A DNA stretch of 63,008 nucleotides, counting the filler, from Stramenopiles sp. TOSAG23-2 (lineage: Eukaryota): the NCBI GenBank assembly GCA_900128395.1. It is 25 parts of 25 records of this genome, joined end to end, with 100 filler letters (N's around TTAATTAATTAA, not from the genome) between each part and the next. Parts side by side here need not be neighbours in the genome. Positions count along the whole stretch, not along the records: positions 22,801 to 25,227 come from LT651750.1; positions 25,328 to 27,754 come from LT651751.1; positions 27,855 to 30,279 come from LT651752.1; positions 30,380 to 32,802 come from LT651753.1; positions 32,903 to 35,323 come from LT651754.1; 20 more parts are not named here. One strand, given 5' to 3'. A model generated the notes under the pieces. That model was not told the DNA's origin and made no database searches. It saw only the letters and a program-made list of their open reading frames with translations. This document shows, piece after piece, positions 22,701-35,323 of the stretch; the stretch's first letter is position 1, and every line of letters begins with the position of its first letter. Position numbers and translations under genes: made by a program.

Positions 22701-23393
22701 NNNNNNNNNNNNNNNNNNNNNNNNNNNNNNNNNNNNNNNNNNNNTTAATTAATTAANNNNNNNNNNNNNNNNNNNNNNNNNNNNNNNNNNNNNNNNNNNN
22801 GGAGGAAACATTCATTTGTAGTGTGTTAGAAAAATATATTTATATATTTATAAATATAAAAATAATACGCGCGCAATAAACATTAAAAAATGCAAAAATG
22901 TGGACGATCCACCACACCTGTCATATAACTTTAGAGTCTCTGAGTAATAAAAAAATAACAATACAAAAAGAATAAACACTTATACAACACGCACTTACAG
23001 TGATATTAAAAAATCCTACTCGCTCCAAAAACATCTTTTCGATGAATATATTTTTTATATAAACTTGTACCTTGTTGTTTTTATCATCATCCATATCATC
23101 ATCAACAGCACTATCTGATTGAAATTGAAGTATCAATTATATTCATAATCACTATCAACAACAGGTGTATTATTATTATTATCATTATTAATATTATTAT
23201 TATTATTAACTCAATAATGGCTGCTTGAATAAGCATCTGCGGTTTGATCTTGTTGCTCCTTCAAATCTGTCACAATAATAATAATTCCTGTGATTCGATT
23301 TTATTATTACTAGCATTATTACTAGCATTATTATTATTGCTAAGAGCACTTGTCTCACTGCTTGTTTGTTCGTTTGTCTGGTTTTGTTTACAA

Positions 23394-24746
23394 TTAATAA
23401 AATGAGGAAAAAAACTCACTTTTTGCAAACATACGTTTGCAGATAAAACATTTCTGTCTATCATCTGTCTTGTTAGACTTTTTGCGTCCCAAAATGATTT
23501 GAAGAGAAGAACCAAAATCTTCGCTACCCACAAGGCTTTCTTGTTGCCTTTTTCTTTTTTTTTTATTTCTGGCTGGTTTTTGCTTCTTCGTCATTATTCT
23601 TCGAGACATTATTGATGACGACGAGGAGATCGATCCTGGCGATTGTTGCAGCGACATAAACGACGTAGACAAGGATGAGGATGAAGATGACGAAGATACC
23701 CCTTCATTAATCATGCTAAAATTGTTGTTGGTTAAACCAGTTAAATTATTATCAAATGCAATATTATTGCTAGTATTTAAATCGCCACCGTCACTTTGGC
23801 TTAATGTGTCTTGAAATACAGCATCTCCTGTACCATATTTAAAACCGGAAGTAATAATAGCCGAAGGTCTTTGTTCTTGTCTTGGGTTTTTCTTTGATTT
23901 ATCATGTAGCTTTTTCTCCGCGTCCCGAAAGACATCTACTATCTTTCTTCCGGGATTACTATCAAATAAATCAACTATTACATTTAACCATGGTGAAAAT
24001 TTTTTCCCTGGTTGGGCGGCATATGCAAATTTTTTGAAATTACACGGTTTCGCAAAAAAACACCCACCCCTCTGTGTTTTTTGAACATAATCCTTACTCC
24101 TATCTTCCGCAAAATCAATACATTCAGATATGCGCAATTTAAGTTTATCAAATGGGGTACGACATGCTCCATATAAATACAAGCGGAGTGCATTTTCTCC
24201 CGAGTAATATTCAATAAGGTCAACAATCCCAGGCTTGTTTTTACTGCCATCAAATAACATCATTGTTCCACTTGAATCTGAAATAGCATTGCAATGTCTA
24301 CCAGTTCTATTCAAGTGTGTCGTATGTTCTGCACCGTGTGTGCTGCATCCGAAAAAGATAAAATCGGCTTGTTTGAATATTTCCGAATCAACGAATTTTA
24401 GTATTTGCTGAACAACGGTCTTGTGCTTCCTATTGGTTAATAATAAAATGCGTTCGTTATTTTCTTCATCGTCATCTGGCTTTAAGCCAGGACACCATTT
24501 TTCTAGTTTTAGTTTCAGGTTCAACATATCGCGATCTCCATAAATATTATTGTTTCCATCTTTGTCAACACAGCTATTGCCAATCAATATAGCAACAGGA
24601 TTCTCCGGGGCTTTGACACCCCCAATTACTCCCCGTGCCAACTGCAACTTGCGGCTCTTAATTGCAAGTTGCCTTCTTTGCTTTGAATTTTGTTGAAGGA
24701 GGGCTTGTTTTTTCCCGTTCATATTCGAACCATACCTTCGAACCAT
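23394..24746 (-). CDS. Caspase-like (C14/clan CD) peptidase
   Basis: AILIGNS, FIFFGCSTHG (His), LYLYGACR (Cys), and p10-like FAY...FSPWL...QRP. Confidence 0.72.
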   Translation of the reverse strand: MVRRYGSNMNGKKQALLQQNSKQRRQLAIKSRKLQLARGVIGGVKAPENPVAILIGNSCVDKDGNNNIYGDRDMLNLKLKLEKWCPGLKPDDDEENNERILLLTNRKHKTVVQQILKFVDSEIFKQADFIFFGCSTHGAEHTTHLNRTGRHCNAISDSSGTMMLFDGSKNKPGIVDLIEYYSGENALRLYLYGACRTPFDKLKLRISECIDFAEDRSKDYVQKTQRGGCFFAKPCNFKKFAYAAQPGKKFSPWLNVIVDLFDSNPGRKIVDVFRDAEKKLHDKSKKNPRQEQRPSAIITSGFKYGTGDAVFQDTLSQSDGGDLNTSNNIAFDNNLTGLTNNNFSMINEGVSSSSSSSSLSTSFMSLQQSPGSISSSSSIMSRRIMTKKQKPARNKKKRKRQQESLVGSEDFGSSLQIILGRKKSNKTDDRQKCFICKRMFAKSEFFSSFY

Positions 24747-26199
24747 GTTTTTTCTTGGGTACTATACGACGACGTAACTATTACAATTGTCTTATCAAAA
24801 TTGAATGCTATTATATTGGATATCACGTTGTCGTTATGATAAAAATATTAGCACTATATATATATATATAGACTACTACTTTTTAAACAAATGCACCCAA
24901 TCAATGCTCCAATGCATTCAATACACAATATCCATTACAAATATACATGTATTATATCAAATGGTGATATATTAATATATTATTATATTACTTTATATAA
25001 TACATCACACAGTATTATAATACAGTATAGATATATACTAATACTGTCTGTGTGTTTGATGTTTGATGGACACAGCAACACAGCAACACACAGCAACACA
25101 AATTAAAATATGCACAAAAAATTTAATAAAAGACATCCAATTAAACCAAAAGTTTTTGTAATTTAAATTTAGTTACTAATTTATGATAATCCTTAAACAA
25201 GTAAATATCGATGTTATTTTTCAATAGNNNNNNNNNNNNNNNNNNNNNNNNNNNNNNNNNNNNNNNNNNNNTTAATTAATTAANNNNNNNNNNNNNNNNN
25301 NNNNNNNNNNNNNNNNNNNNNNNNNNNGTATAATATTATTTTTTATATTATATATATATAGAGATATATTACGAGTATATTTTACCTCAGTTACTGTATT
25401 CTTTTGGAGAGTACAATAATGTAGGAAAATTATGCATATCTTGAGAGAGTGTAAATATATTTTATGACCCGGTTTATCTGTGAGAGAGAGGAGAGAAAGC
25501 TTCCAGTTGTCAAATAAAATTTTGTTATACTAATAAGTAAAAATCACACATATTTTACTATCAAACTTCGTGCATTATAATTCCTACTGTAGATCTGTTG
25601 TAAAAAATCAATCATTTTTATATAATTAATAAAATGCATTAACTTAAAATAAAAATATATTTTTAAAATATTTTATAAATATAGATGATGGTTAAAATCT
25701 AAGAGTTATAATAATTTTATTTCTCATGTTAAATAATATGCTCAATACTCAATCTCGAGAATTAATATTCTATCCTACTATAGTGAAGCTCTAATGCACG
25801 TCTGCAAACTAATACTCCACAAGCACGAGTAGGTTTCTATCCTTCCTGCACTCGTTTTTATAAATATATATATTATTTATATTTTTAAAATAATAAAATA
25901 TCATACGAAGTATATGATATATATATAAATTTTAATCACATATAAATAAAATATAATACGAACGTTCGTATTTTTTATTACTTCGTAAAATATACGACGT
26001 TCGTATGCATAGGCATAATATTTAAAATTAGTTTGCAGATGTGCATTAGAGCTTTACTATCTTAGTGATGAATACTAAAATGTTCAATACTCTATATAAC
26101 TTAGAAAAATATTACGAATCGTTCGTAGTAAATCCTGTATGATACTATTCATATCATATCATATCATATTAGTAAAAAGCTCTAATGCACGTCTGCACT

Positions 26200-27237
26200 C
26201 TATATCCCAGACCAAAAGAAATAATAACGTTTCATGTAATCTAACATATCTAAAAAATATTCAAAGAAGAAACCTAACAATGGAATTTTTGCTAATGTTC
26301 CAAATATACTTTCAAATATTGGACCAGAAAATACTTGATACAATGGATCTCTCATAAAGTACATCAACAATGACATATACCTACGTTGAATTTCAGCACT
26401 ATTTGTTGTATTTACATCAGTCGTACTAACATTAATATCGTTTTCACGGCATTGTTTTATTCCAGTATTAGATATCCGAATGCTAAATACATCTAATATA
26501 CACGATAGTAACCATGGTACCCATGAGTCACTACCAAATCGCCTTCTTGAGCCAACATAAATAAGAGGTCTTAACATATGCAACGACTCACCTAGAAATA
26601 AAAGCCGCTTGCTTCTTTTACGTATGGCATCGTACACTAGGTTGTCACTAGATTGCCGTCTCCAACTACGTACTTTTGCACCCATTTTTAGACGGTCTCT
26701 TTGTTGTAGTGGACTTCGCCCAACTGGTTGTTCTCCTCTTCCTCTTCCTTGCTGTTGCACACTAGGTATCAGCGGAGGCGAAAATCTACCGCCATCTGCA
26801 AGCAACTGCAAATCATACCCAGATCCTGTAAAATAACTGAAGAAATTGATTCTTGCGCGAATAATTAATTTTAATACTTCGATAATAGTAATAGTTCTCC
26901 ACCGTCGATCTTCCCCGCCGCGGGTTAACGCTAACATTTCTGCAATAACACCTGCCTCGTGTAGTACCGTTAGAATCCCTCTCCATAACCAAGCTTCCCC
27001 ACCCGTCCTTTTACGATCTCTATCTGATATACGGCCATGATACAAATGCAATAGATTAAATAATACATATGTTCCCTCACTCATAATTTCAGCATCACCA
27101 AATCTACCAGGAATTAAAAATGTTAACAAGGACAACGACTCTACCGTTTGATGTACTGCCATAGGATATCTTTTGACCATCCGTTCATACTGCTGGATAT
27201 AATTCCCTTGCTTAACAATTTGTTGAATTCTTTCCAT
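26200..27237 (-). CDS. PEX16: Peroxisomal membrane protein PEX16
   Basis: LTFLIPGRFGDAEIMSEG, RWRTITIIEVLK, GESLHMLRPLIY, SWVPWL, EIQRR...YFMRDPLY, YYFFWS. Confidence 0.92.
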   Translation of the reverse strand: MERIQQIVKQGNYIQQYERMVKRYPMAVHQTVESLSLLTFLIPGRFGDAEIMSEGTYVLFNLLHLYHGRISDRDRKRTGGEAWLWRGILTVLHEAGVIAEMLALTRGGEDRRWRTITIIEVLKLIIRARINFFSYFTGSGYDLQLLADGGRFSPPLIPSVQQQGRGRGEQPVGRSPLQQRDRLKMGAKVRSWRRQSSDNLVYDAIRKRSKRLLFLGESLHMLRPLIYVGSRRRFGSDSWVPWLLSCILDVFSIRISNTGIKQCRENDINVSTTDVNTTNSAEIQRRYMSLLMYFMRDPLYQVFSGPIFESIFGTLAKIPLLGFFFEYFLDMLDYMKRYYFFWSGI

Positions 27238-28705
27238 GATTGTCTTCAAATGAATATTTTGTAATAAATGATGATTTATATTAATCAATATTTCACCGTG
27301 TATATAAATTGTAGACGTTTGACAATTATATATAGTATATCATATAAATGCATATCTATTTTGTAGAAGAATTTATAATATGGCAATATGTCTAATTAGA
27401 CGACTACTTGTAATATGTGGTTCCCAAAAAAAATGATGTGTTGCGTTCTGTATTATACACATGTGTTATTACAGCATTAGCTACGAGGACTTATACCCCT
27501 CTGTCATAGTTTATAATATTATACACGGCGTATACTGTAGCATATAGTGTGTGACAATTATTACAGTAAATATTGTACTTGTACTTGTAATAATACTGTA
27601 CCAAGAGTTGGACGAAGAAATATTTAATATTATTTTGTGGTATTTTGGCCGAAATCAATGGGACCCAAATTTTAACAAAAAATGAATTTTAAAAAAGGAT
27701 TTTGTGATTTAATTTTTAAAAAAAAAATAAATATATAGATATTTCATTGTACAANNNNNNNNNNNNNNNNNNNNNNNNNNNNNNNNNNNNNNNNNNNNTT
27801 AATTAATTAANNNNNNNNNNNNNNNNNNNNNNNNNNNNNNNNNNNNNNNNNNNNTTGTACACACACTAGAAAATAGTCTTTTGTGTGTGTCTATGTGTGT
27901 TTGTTAAATGATGTCTTTTCTTCTGTGTCTATTTTTTGTCATATAGTATTATTATTTTCATATTGAATAATTACCAGATTAATTTATGTGGTATATAGGT
28001 GCGTATAGGTTTTAGTTTATTATTATAGGAGTTTGCAGGAGGGTTGCGAGGAGCTAGCCAGGCTAGCCAGCTAGCTAGCCTGGCTAGACAACTATAGACG
28101 ACTAGCTAGCTCTAGTTGCTAGCCTGGCTAGTTTTCCAGTGTTTTTGCTTAACACTCTAACTCTAATAATATTAATATATACTATTAGAACTATGGGGAA
28201 AATATTCATCATTTTTTTCTATATTTTCGGATATTTGCTATTGTTTTCCAAATATATGAAAAATAAAATTGGCATTTTAAAAAACGATATATACATATTT
28301 CCCATAGTGAATAGTGTTATTTTGTATAAGAGGGATAGCCAGATCAAAGATAGCACTGATGCGTTATAGGCAACGTGCTTAGAACTAGAACGAAAAAAAA
28401 AGTAACAGAAAATAAAAATACTCTCTTGTAATTACCAGCTATTTTAAATTTTACTATAGCAACGCTACTAGTGCACTAATATAAATAATAATAATAATAA
28501 TAATAATATTACAGAGAATATTAGTAGAGAAAAAAGTATAAAAATATAGAAAATAAATATTACAGTGGTATACATCGATCAACAGACAATGATGAATAAA
28601 TAAAAGCTTTGAATAAAATCGATGTATTTTTTTATTATTCTATTATTAATATAACATTGGTCTTAACAGAAATTCGTCTCGAGCTTTTCTTTTTTTTTTT
28701 GACTC

Positions 28706-28737
<32 letters not shown>

Positions 28738-28778
28738 TAATTACATATCGACTGATGTTATCGAATATATCATAATAT

Positions 28779-30279
28779 ATGATAATGCCGTCATTTGCTT
28801 GTCTTTTTTGTTGTTTTTTGCAAGCTGCGTATGTGCATGCTGTTGATAATTCTAAGCCATTATTACAAGTCGCCTCAATCGATTATGCTACAGGTATTCT
28901 AGAACTGACATTCAATGAAACTGTTGATGTTACGCCACAATCCATTGTCAATCAATCTCGTATCGGCATTGTTGATGTCAGTGGGGCTAGTGTTGGTATA
29001 TTGAGTGGTGCAACAGTCTATCAAAACGATGGTACTACCATTACAATAAAATTATCAGAAGAGCAACGCGTTCAAGCGATTCAGACTGGGCTTTGTCAAA
29101 TACCAGATAGTGTTAGAAACCAGGACCAGTATAATTCTAATCGTTTTGTAGGCCCTGGTGGTGATGATGCAGCAAATGTATTTGATTTTTATCAAGGCGC
29201 TATAAAAGATATTTCACTAAACGACGCTACGGAACAGTTGGATTTTGCATTGGTGGAAGCTCCAGATAACACAAATCCTATAATTGAACGAGTTGATGTA
29301 TATTTTGGTGTAGGACACATTCTATTCCAATTTAGTGAAACAATTGACATGACTCCGCCTTCTGACTTTTTTCTTGGGAGTGCTAAAATCATGGCTAATA
29401 TGGACGACCCAGACCATTTTTTTGTATTGCAGAATGCAACCATACCTGATGAAAATGCTGTTAATATTACAATGACTTTGTCTGAAGCAGATCGTATTGC
29501 ATTATTGCGTGGGTCAAATATGCCTGGAGGAAGAGGTTCACCTGTGCAATTTGCAATTCCTTCAAGAGTATTTTTTGACATGGCACACATGCCAAATTCG
29601 CAGGACAACGATATTCCTATCGTAGAGCACCCGGATGCAATACCTCCAAGTGTCGTATCCACGGTGTTGGATCTCACTACTGGAATCGTTATCATTAGTA
29701 CCAGTGAAACAATTGATATCACGCCTAGTTCTTTGGTTACATTGTCATCATTTACATTTGAAAGCTCTGAAGTAGCTGGTGATACAATTCAATTATCATC
29801 TGCAACCATCAACGCTGTTGACGACGTTGCAATAACTCTTCTGCTACCCGAATCCACTCGTGTGGAGGCGTTAATCAATAGTAATACTCCTGGTGGCGAT
29901 GGTGTGCCCCTGGCCATAGAAATTCAAGCAAATGCATATCGGGATATTGCAGAAAATAAAAATCTTCAAGATCCAGCTGCACAAAACACGTTAAACGAGC
30001 TGGCGGATATTGGAAAACCTAATATTACTGGGGCCCGTATACGATATGAAGATGGTTCGGTATACATTTTTTTCAATGAAACTATTGATGTCAGAACTAC
30101 TAGTTTAATAAATTTAGACAAAATTTTTATATCAAACTTGACAAATGGTGCCACAGATACGTCGAATCGAATTAGCTTATCAACTTCATCGGTCTCTTCC
30201 GTAGCATTTGGTTCCCGTAGTACCACCGTTTTGATCACATTGACTGAGCCACAACGAGCTCAAGCGATTGCTATCTCTG
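28779..30279 (+). CDS. Large secreted/surface protein with about 120-aa beta-rich internal repeats, 3'-truncated
   Basis: Signal peptide; repeats L/FxFxETI/VDxTP...L(S/T/P)ExxR..A...PGG.G.. Confidence 0.8.
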
Positions 30280-30379
30280 NNNNNNNNNNNNNNNNNNNNN
30301 NNNNNNNNNNNNNNNNNNNNNNNTTAATTAATTAANNNNNNNNNNNNNNNNNNNNNNNNNNNNNNNNNNNNNNNNNNNN

Positions 30380-32802
30380 GATGAAACCAACAGCATGTTG
30401 CGTACCTAATAAATTTAACCCCTGATGAATAATTTCATAATGATGGAAAAAATCATGGCAAAATTCAGAGGCAGCAGCCCAAACAGCAAGTATTGTCAAC
30501 CACTTTCTAATACTTCCATGAAGAAAAGAATGCCTGATGAATAACCTTCCAAGTATACTGTATACAACAATTTTTTGCATAAATGTAAATTTCGACGCGT
30601 ATGCGTGCCATATTTCTTTTTCAGCCTGTGAAGTTATTTCACCTGCCCTAAGAATTGTTTTATCATCCAAATCAGTTTTTCTATCTGGTCGAATATAAGC
30701 ACTATGTTCATTATTGCTATCAGATGAATAGCTACTCCAAAAATATGTGTGATTACTCCATTTCAATGAATTTTCAATATTCTTTTTTCGTTTGTTTTTT
30801 TCAGAACAATAATAATCACAAGATGAATAATTTAAATTCAAAAATTGATATCGGGATGGGGAAAATAATGATAATACTGAAAATGTTTTGTTTTGTATAA
30901 TTGTTTTTTTCAAAAGTGGTTTTATGTTTTTTCGCATACAAATCACTCTAAACATGTTGTATTTATTAATAATAAAAATAATATAATATACTATCGTATT
31001 CCTATAAACTATTTCCTATATATATATATATAACTATTCTATTTTTATTCTACTTTTTCCTCCTTCATTATTTATTATTATTATATTTGAAATTTTTTGT
31101 TATAATTATTGAATGCACTACTATACTAACTATATATATATAATATAATATAATAATAAAAAGTACAAGACTGACTGGGAAGAAAAAAGAAAGGAAAAAA
31201 TACAATATTTACCTTCTATACATTTCGAAATATATATAGATATGTAAACTGGTAAAACTACTATTTTGTTTTTTTTGAGACTTTTTTTTTTTTACGAGAT
31301 GCGTATTTTCGGATATTATTAGATTAAATAATTTAATTTTTCAAGTTATTTGTCGTTTTCGTAATTTAAATAGTAATAATATTAGTTTTTCATTGAGATA
31401 TTTTTCACTCAAAATTATAGTACTAATTTAGTTAAAAATACAGTATATTGTATAATATATTGACAAAATATAGTGGGGTAGTAGTAAAAAGTGACGCACA
31501 CCCATTAGCATATAAATAAACAGGGTAAAAACGAGTAGGTGTCAAAAGTTAGAACCCCTCCCAAAAAATCCACTGCCATCCCCCTGGAAAACAAAATTTT
31601 AAATAGCATGACCATAGAATTGAATCTTTTTACATAGCATAGGAATAGCATAGAAACACTTATACAAACACTAGTTCATCCATTTTTACTCTCCTTGTCC
31701 GCCACCACAGCATTTTGTTTGATGCCTTCCTCTTTTGATTTTGTCATCTTTCCACTTTCCATTTATCACTGGTGGCTGTGGACCAATGTTTGAATCTACT
31801 TCTTGTATTTTGGCAACTATTAAATCAAGATCTAAGCATACCAATGGTTTCATAGCTTCCACCATTTTGTTATAATGGTCAACACCTGGTTTATTTTTAT
31901 CAAATAATAAACTACAATTACAATCATCACATTCACTTGTGAATTCTTTGTAATGTTCAGATAAATGGGATAGTGTGATGAAACCAACAGCATGTTGCGT
32001 ACCTAATAAATTTAACCCCTGATGAATAATTTCATAATGATGGAAAAAATCATGGCAAAATTCAGAGGCAGCAGCCCAAACAGCAAGTATTGTCAACCAC
32101 TTTCTAATACTTCCATGAAGAAAAGAATGCCTGATGAATAACCTTCCAAGTATACTGTATACAACAATTTTTTGCATAAATGTAAATTTCGACGCGTATG
32201 CGTGCCATATTTCTTTTTCAGCCTGTGAAGTTATTTCACCTGCCCTAAGAATTGTTTTATCATCCAAATCAGTTTTTCTATCTGGTCGAATATAAGCACT
32301 ATGTTCATTATTGCTATCAGATGAATAGCTACTCCAAAAATATGTGTGATTACTCCATTTCAATGAATTTTCAATATTCTTTTTTCGTTTGTTTTTTTCA
32401 GAACAATAATAATCACAAGATGAATAATTTAAATTCAAAAATTGATATCGGGATGGGGAAAATAATGATAATACTGAAAATGTTTTGTTTTGTATAATTG
32501 TTTTTTTCAAAAGTGGTTTTATGTTTTTTCGCATACAAATCACTCTAAACATGTTGTATTTATTAATAATAAAAATAATATAATATACTATCGTATTCCT
32601 ATAAACTATTTCCTATATATATATATATAACTATTCTATTTTTATTCTACTTTTTCCTCCTTCATTATTTATTATTATTATATTTGAAATTTTTTGTTAT
32701 AATTATTGAATGCACTACTATACTAACTATATATATATAATATAATATAATAATAAAAAGTACAAGACTGACTGGGAAGAAAAAAGAAAGGAAAAAATAC
32801 AA
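30380..32802. repeat. 826-bp direct repeat at both contig ends (30380-31205 = 31977-32802; period 1597 bp)
   Basis: Sequence appears identical, including the 5' part of the ORF and its upstream region. Confidence 0.93.
31686..32552 (-). CDS. Hypothetical membrane protein with a mitochondrial-type presequence
   Basis: 288-aa ORF with basic/Ser-rich N-terminus and hydrophobic segments; 5' part duplicated at 30380-30955. Confidence 0.6.
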   Translation of the reverse strand: MFRVICMRKNIKPLLKKTIIQNKTFSVLSLFSPSRYQFLNLNYSSCDYYCSEKNKRKKNIENSLKWSNHTYFWSSYSSDSNNEHSAYIRPDRKTDLDDKTILRAGEITSQAEKEIWHAYASKFTFMQKIVVYSILGRLFIRHSFLHGSIRKWLTILAVWAAASEFCHDFFHHYEIIHQGLNLLGTQHAVGFITLSHLSEHYKEFTSECDDCNCSLLFDKNKPGVDHYNKMVEAMKPLVCLDLDLIVAKIQEVDSNIGPQPPVINGKWKDDKIKRGRHQTKCCGGGQGE

Positions 32803-33256
32803 NNNNNNNNNNNNNNNNNNNNNNNNNNNNNNNNNNNNNNNNNNNNTTAATTAATTAANNNNNNNNNNNNNNNNNNNNNNNNNNNNNNNNNNNNNNNNNN
32901 NNGGGAGTTATTGACACATTTTGTGAGATAGATATTTAACATTGGCTTGGTTTAAGCTATTCTTTTCGAGGAGTAGGAATTATCTCGAGAGTAAAACTAA
33001 AAAATTAAAATAAAAATAATGCGTATAGTTAATATATACGAGTATATATAAAAATAATTGACATTCTCTTATTTATTAATATATATATATATATATTTAA
33101 AGATTTTATTTACGCTCATAATCTTATATTCACTATATATGTGTAATTACCAGAAATAATTAATACTATTATCTGTATGATATAGTTATATATATAATAA
33201 TATATTAATATTATATATTATATAAAATGTGTACAAAATGTACATTATGTAGATTT

Positions 33257-34213
33257 TTAAGCACTACTTTTATTTTGTTGCTTCTCTATCCAAAATGAGC
33301 TTATGTTCCCACGTAAATAGTTAACATATTTTTCATGTGGATGGCATTCTATTGTGTCATGTTCAATTCTTCCTCTCCAATCCCACAGTAATGAATGTTG
33401 AGAAGTTGCTTCTTCATCACGATTTTTAAGAATTTTAGCTTCAACACCTACTTTTACAGCCCAGTCAGCGACTCTATTTTGAGCGACATCATTATCTATG
33501 GATGGTTTGACTTTCAAGTTTTGAATTACAGTTAATGCATCTAAAGGGGGGTATTCTTTTTTTACACGTTTACGTTTTGTTTTTTCCGAGATCAAGGCAT
33601 CCAAACGTCTATCAGTGATATTATCGTAACTCGGCATTAATGGTACTGACAATAGCTTGTCACGAAAAGTACTTGTCGAATCGGTGTTTTCTTCTGTCAC
33701 TGCCTTAATGTAATTTTCTAGTATCGTTTCCCTAGAAATTTTAGATTTACTTTTGTTTTTTTGGAGTTGTGGATTGTTGTTCCTTAGCTTCATGTTATTT
33801 TCAACAATGTTTGTTACATCTTGGCAAAATTTACGCAAATTTCGCTTGGATAAATATCCTTGATAGCATTGCAATAAATTTGATGTATTACTGGTGAATA
33901 TTAATTCAACATTATCACTTGTTATATTTACAAAACCTCGCTCAGCAATCTTTTCTAGCAATTTTTTCAATTGTTTTGTATGTTTTTCCCGAGTTCGTTT
34001 GATAATCAGAGCTTTTGTGTTACGAAACGATTGCTGTGTCGGCAATTTTAAACTCAACTGGGATCTTTTGTTTTCACGTGCTTTCGTTAAACTCACCACA
34101 CGCTTTTTTTCTGATGCCATTTGTCTTCTTTGAACCCGCATTTTTTTTTTGTTGTTGTTCCCAAGAATCTCCATGGTTCGATCCGTGTCTCTTAAATTTT
34201 CGTGTCTCGACAT
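33257..34213 (-). CDS. Hypothetical basic protein
   Basis: 318-aa ATG-started ORF flanked by AT-rich intergenic DNA. Confidence 0.6.
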   Translation of the reverse strand: MSRHENLRDTDRTMEILGNNNKKKMRVQRRQMASEKKRVVSLTKARENKRSQLSLKLPTQQSFRNTKALIIKRTREKHTKQLKKLLEKIAERGFVNITSDNVELIFTSNTSNLLQCYQGYLSKRNLRKFCQDVTNIVENNMKLRNNNPQLQKNKSKSKISRETILENYIKAVTEENTDSTSTFRDKLLSVPLMPSYDNITDRRLDALISEKTKRKRVKKEYPPLDALTVIQNLKVKPSIDNDVAQNRVADWAVKVGVEAKILKNRDEEATSQHSLLWDWRGRIEHDTIECHPHEKYVNYLRGNISSFWIEKQQNKSSA

Positions 34214-35068
34214 AATATGTGAATTCAGTCTTGTCGTAATTTCCCCTTTAATTCTCTTTCAATATATATACACATGTACACACAAACAACACACACATAT
34301 GTGTTTGTGTATCCAAATGGTATATAAATTTATATCATATATTATACCCTTGTTGTATATGATGATGTAGTCCTGCTGGCCTGGTATAATCATTATTATA
34401 TACACTCTGTAATGTTGCTAACCAGGCTAATAATATTAATTAGACTTCATAACGTTCACGACCATTTTTTTTTGCGCTATTATTGCAATGGTGATGCCAT
34501 GCTATTTACATATAGAATTTAAGGTATATGTAATATGTAAAATAAATAAGTTATTATACCTCGTAAAGTTAAAGTATGAATTTAATTTATATCGATAATC
34601 TAGGGATTAGGAGTGGTACTACGTAGACTAAGAAGGAAGAAGTAACGATTTTACTATTATACTGACGATAGCCGCCTATAGTATGTGTACTCTACACCTA
34701 CAACAGTATGTACATAGACTTAACACAGGTGCCACACCACAAGCCACATCTCTCACCACATCATTATTTAACATGATGCAACATGCAACATGTAAAAATT
34801 ATACATAAATGTATATGTGTATACATATATAATATATCAAACAGTTTACCGTTATACAGAAAATATATACATTAACATGTAGCTATAATTCTTATCATAA
34901 AAAAATAATAAAATAACAAAGAAACCCATGAATAAAAATTATTTATTATTTAAAATAAAAAGCACATCTGCATGTTTGCTTGCATGAAATAAATGTTAAA
35001 GCCACAATAATTTTAAACAAAAGTAAAATAAAAGAATTATATATTTAGTAGTCTATATAAAAATAAAA

Positions 35069-35323
35069 ATGTATGAAATTGAATCGGGCAAGAATAATTA
35101 TTATTCGCCAATCAAAAAGAAAAAGCGTAAAAATAAATATAACAACAAAAATGTATTAAATCAACATTATATAGCCAAACATTACAATAAGAACCACGGT
35201 AAAAGACTACCTCCTCGCACAACCAAACCGATAACACCATCATTTTTACATCGAATGGATAAAATAGCTAATGAAAGATCAATGATACATAATAATGCTG
35301 GAGATGAAAAAGAGAAAGGAACA
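35069..35323 (+). CDS. Hypothetical protein, 5' fragment
   Basis: ATG after an A-rich leader, open to the contig end. Confidence 0.45.
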
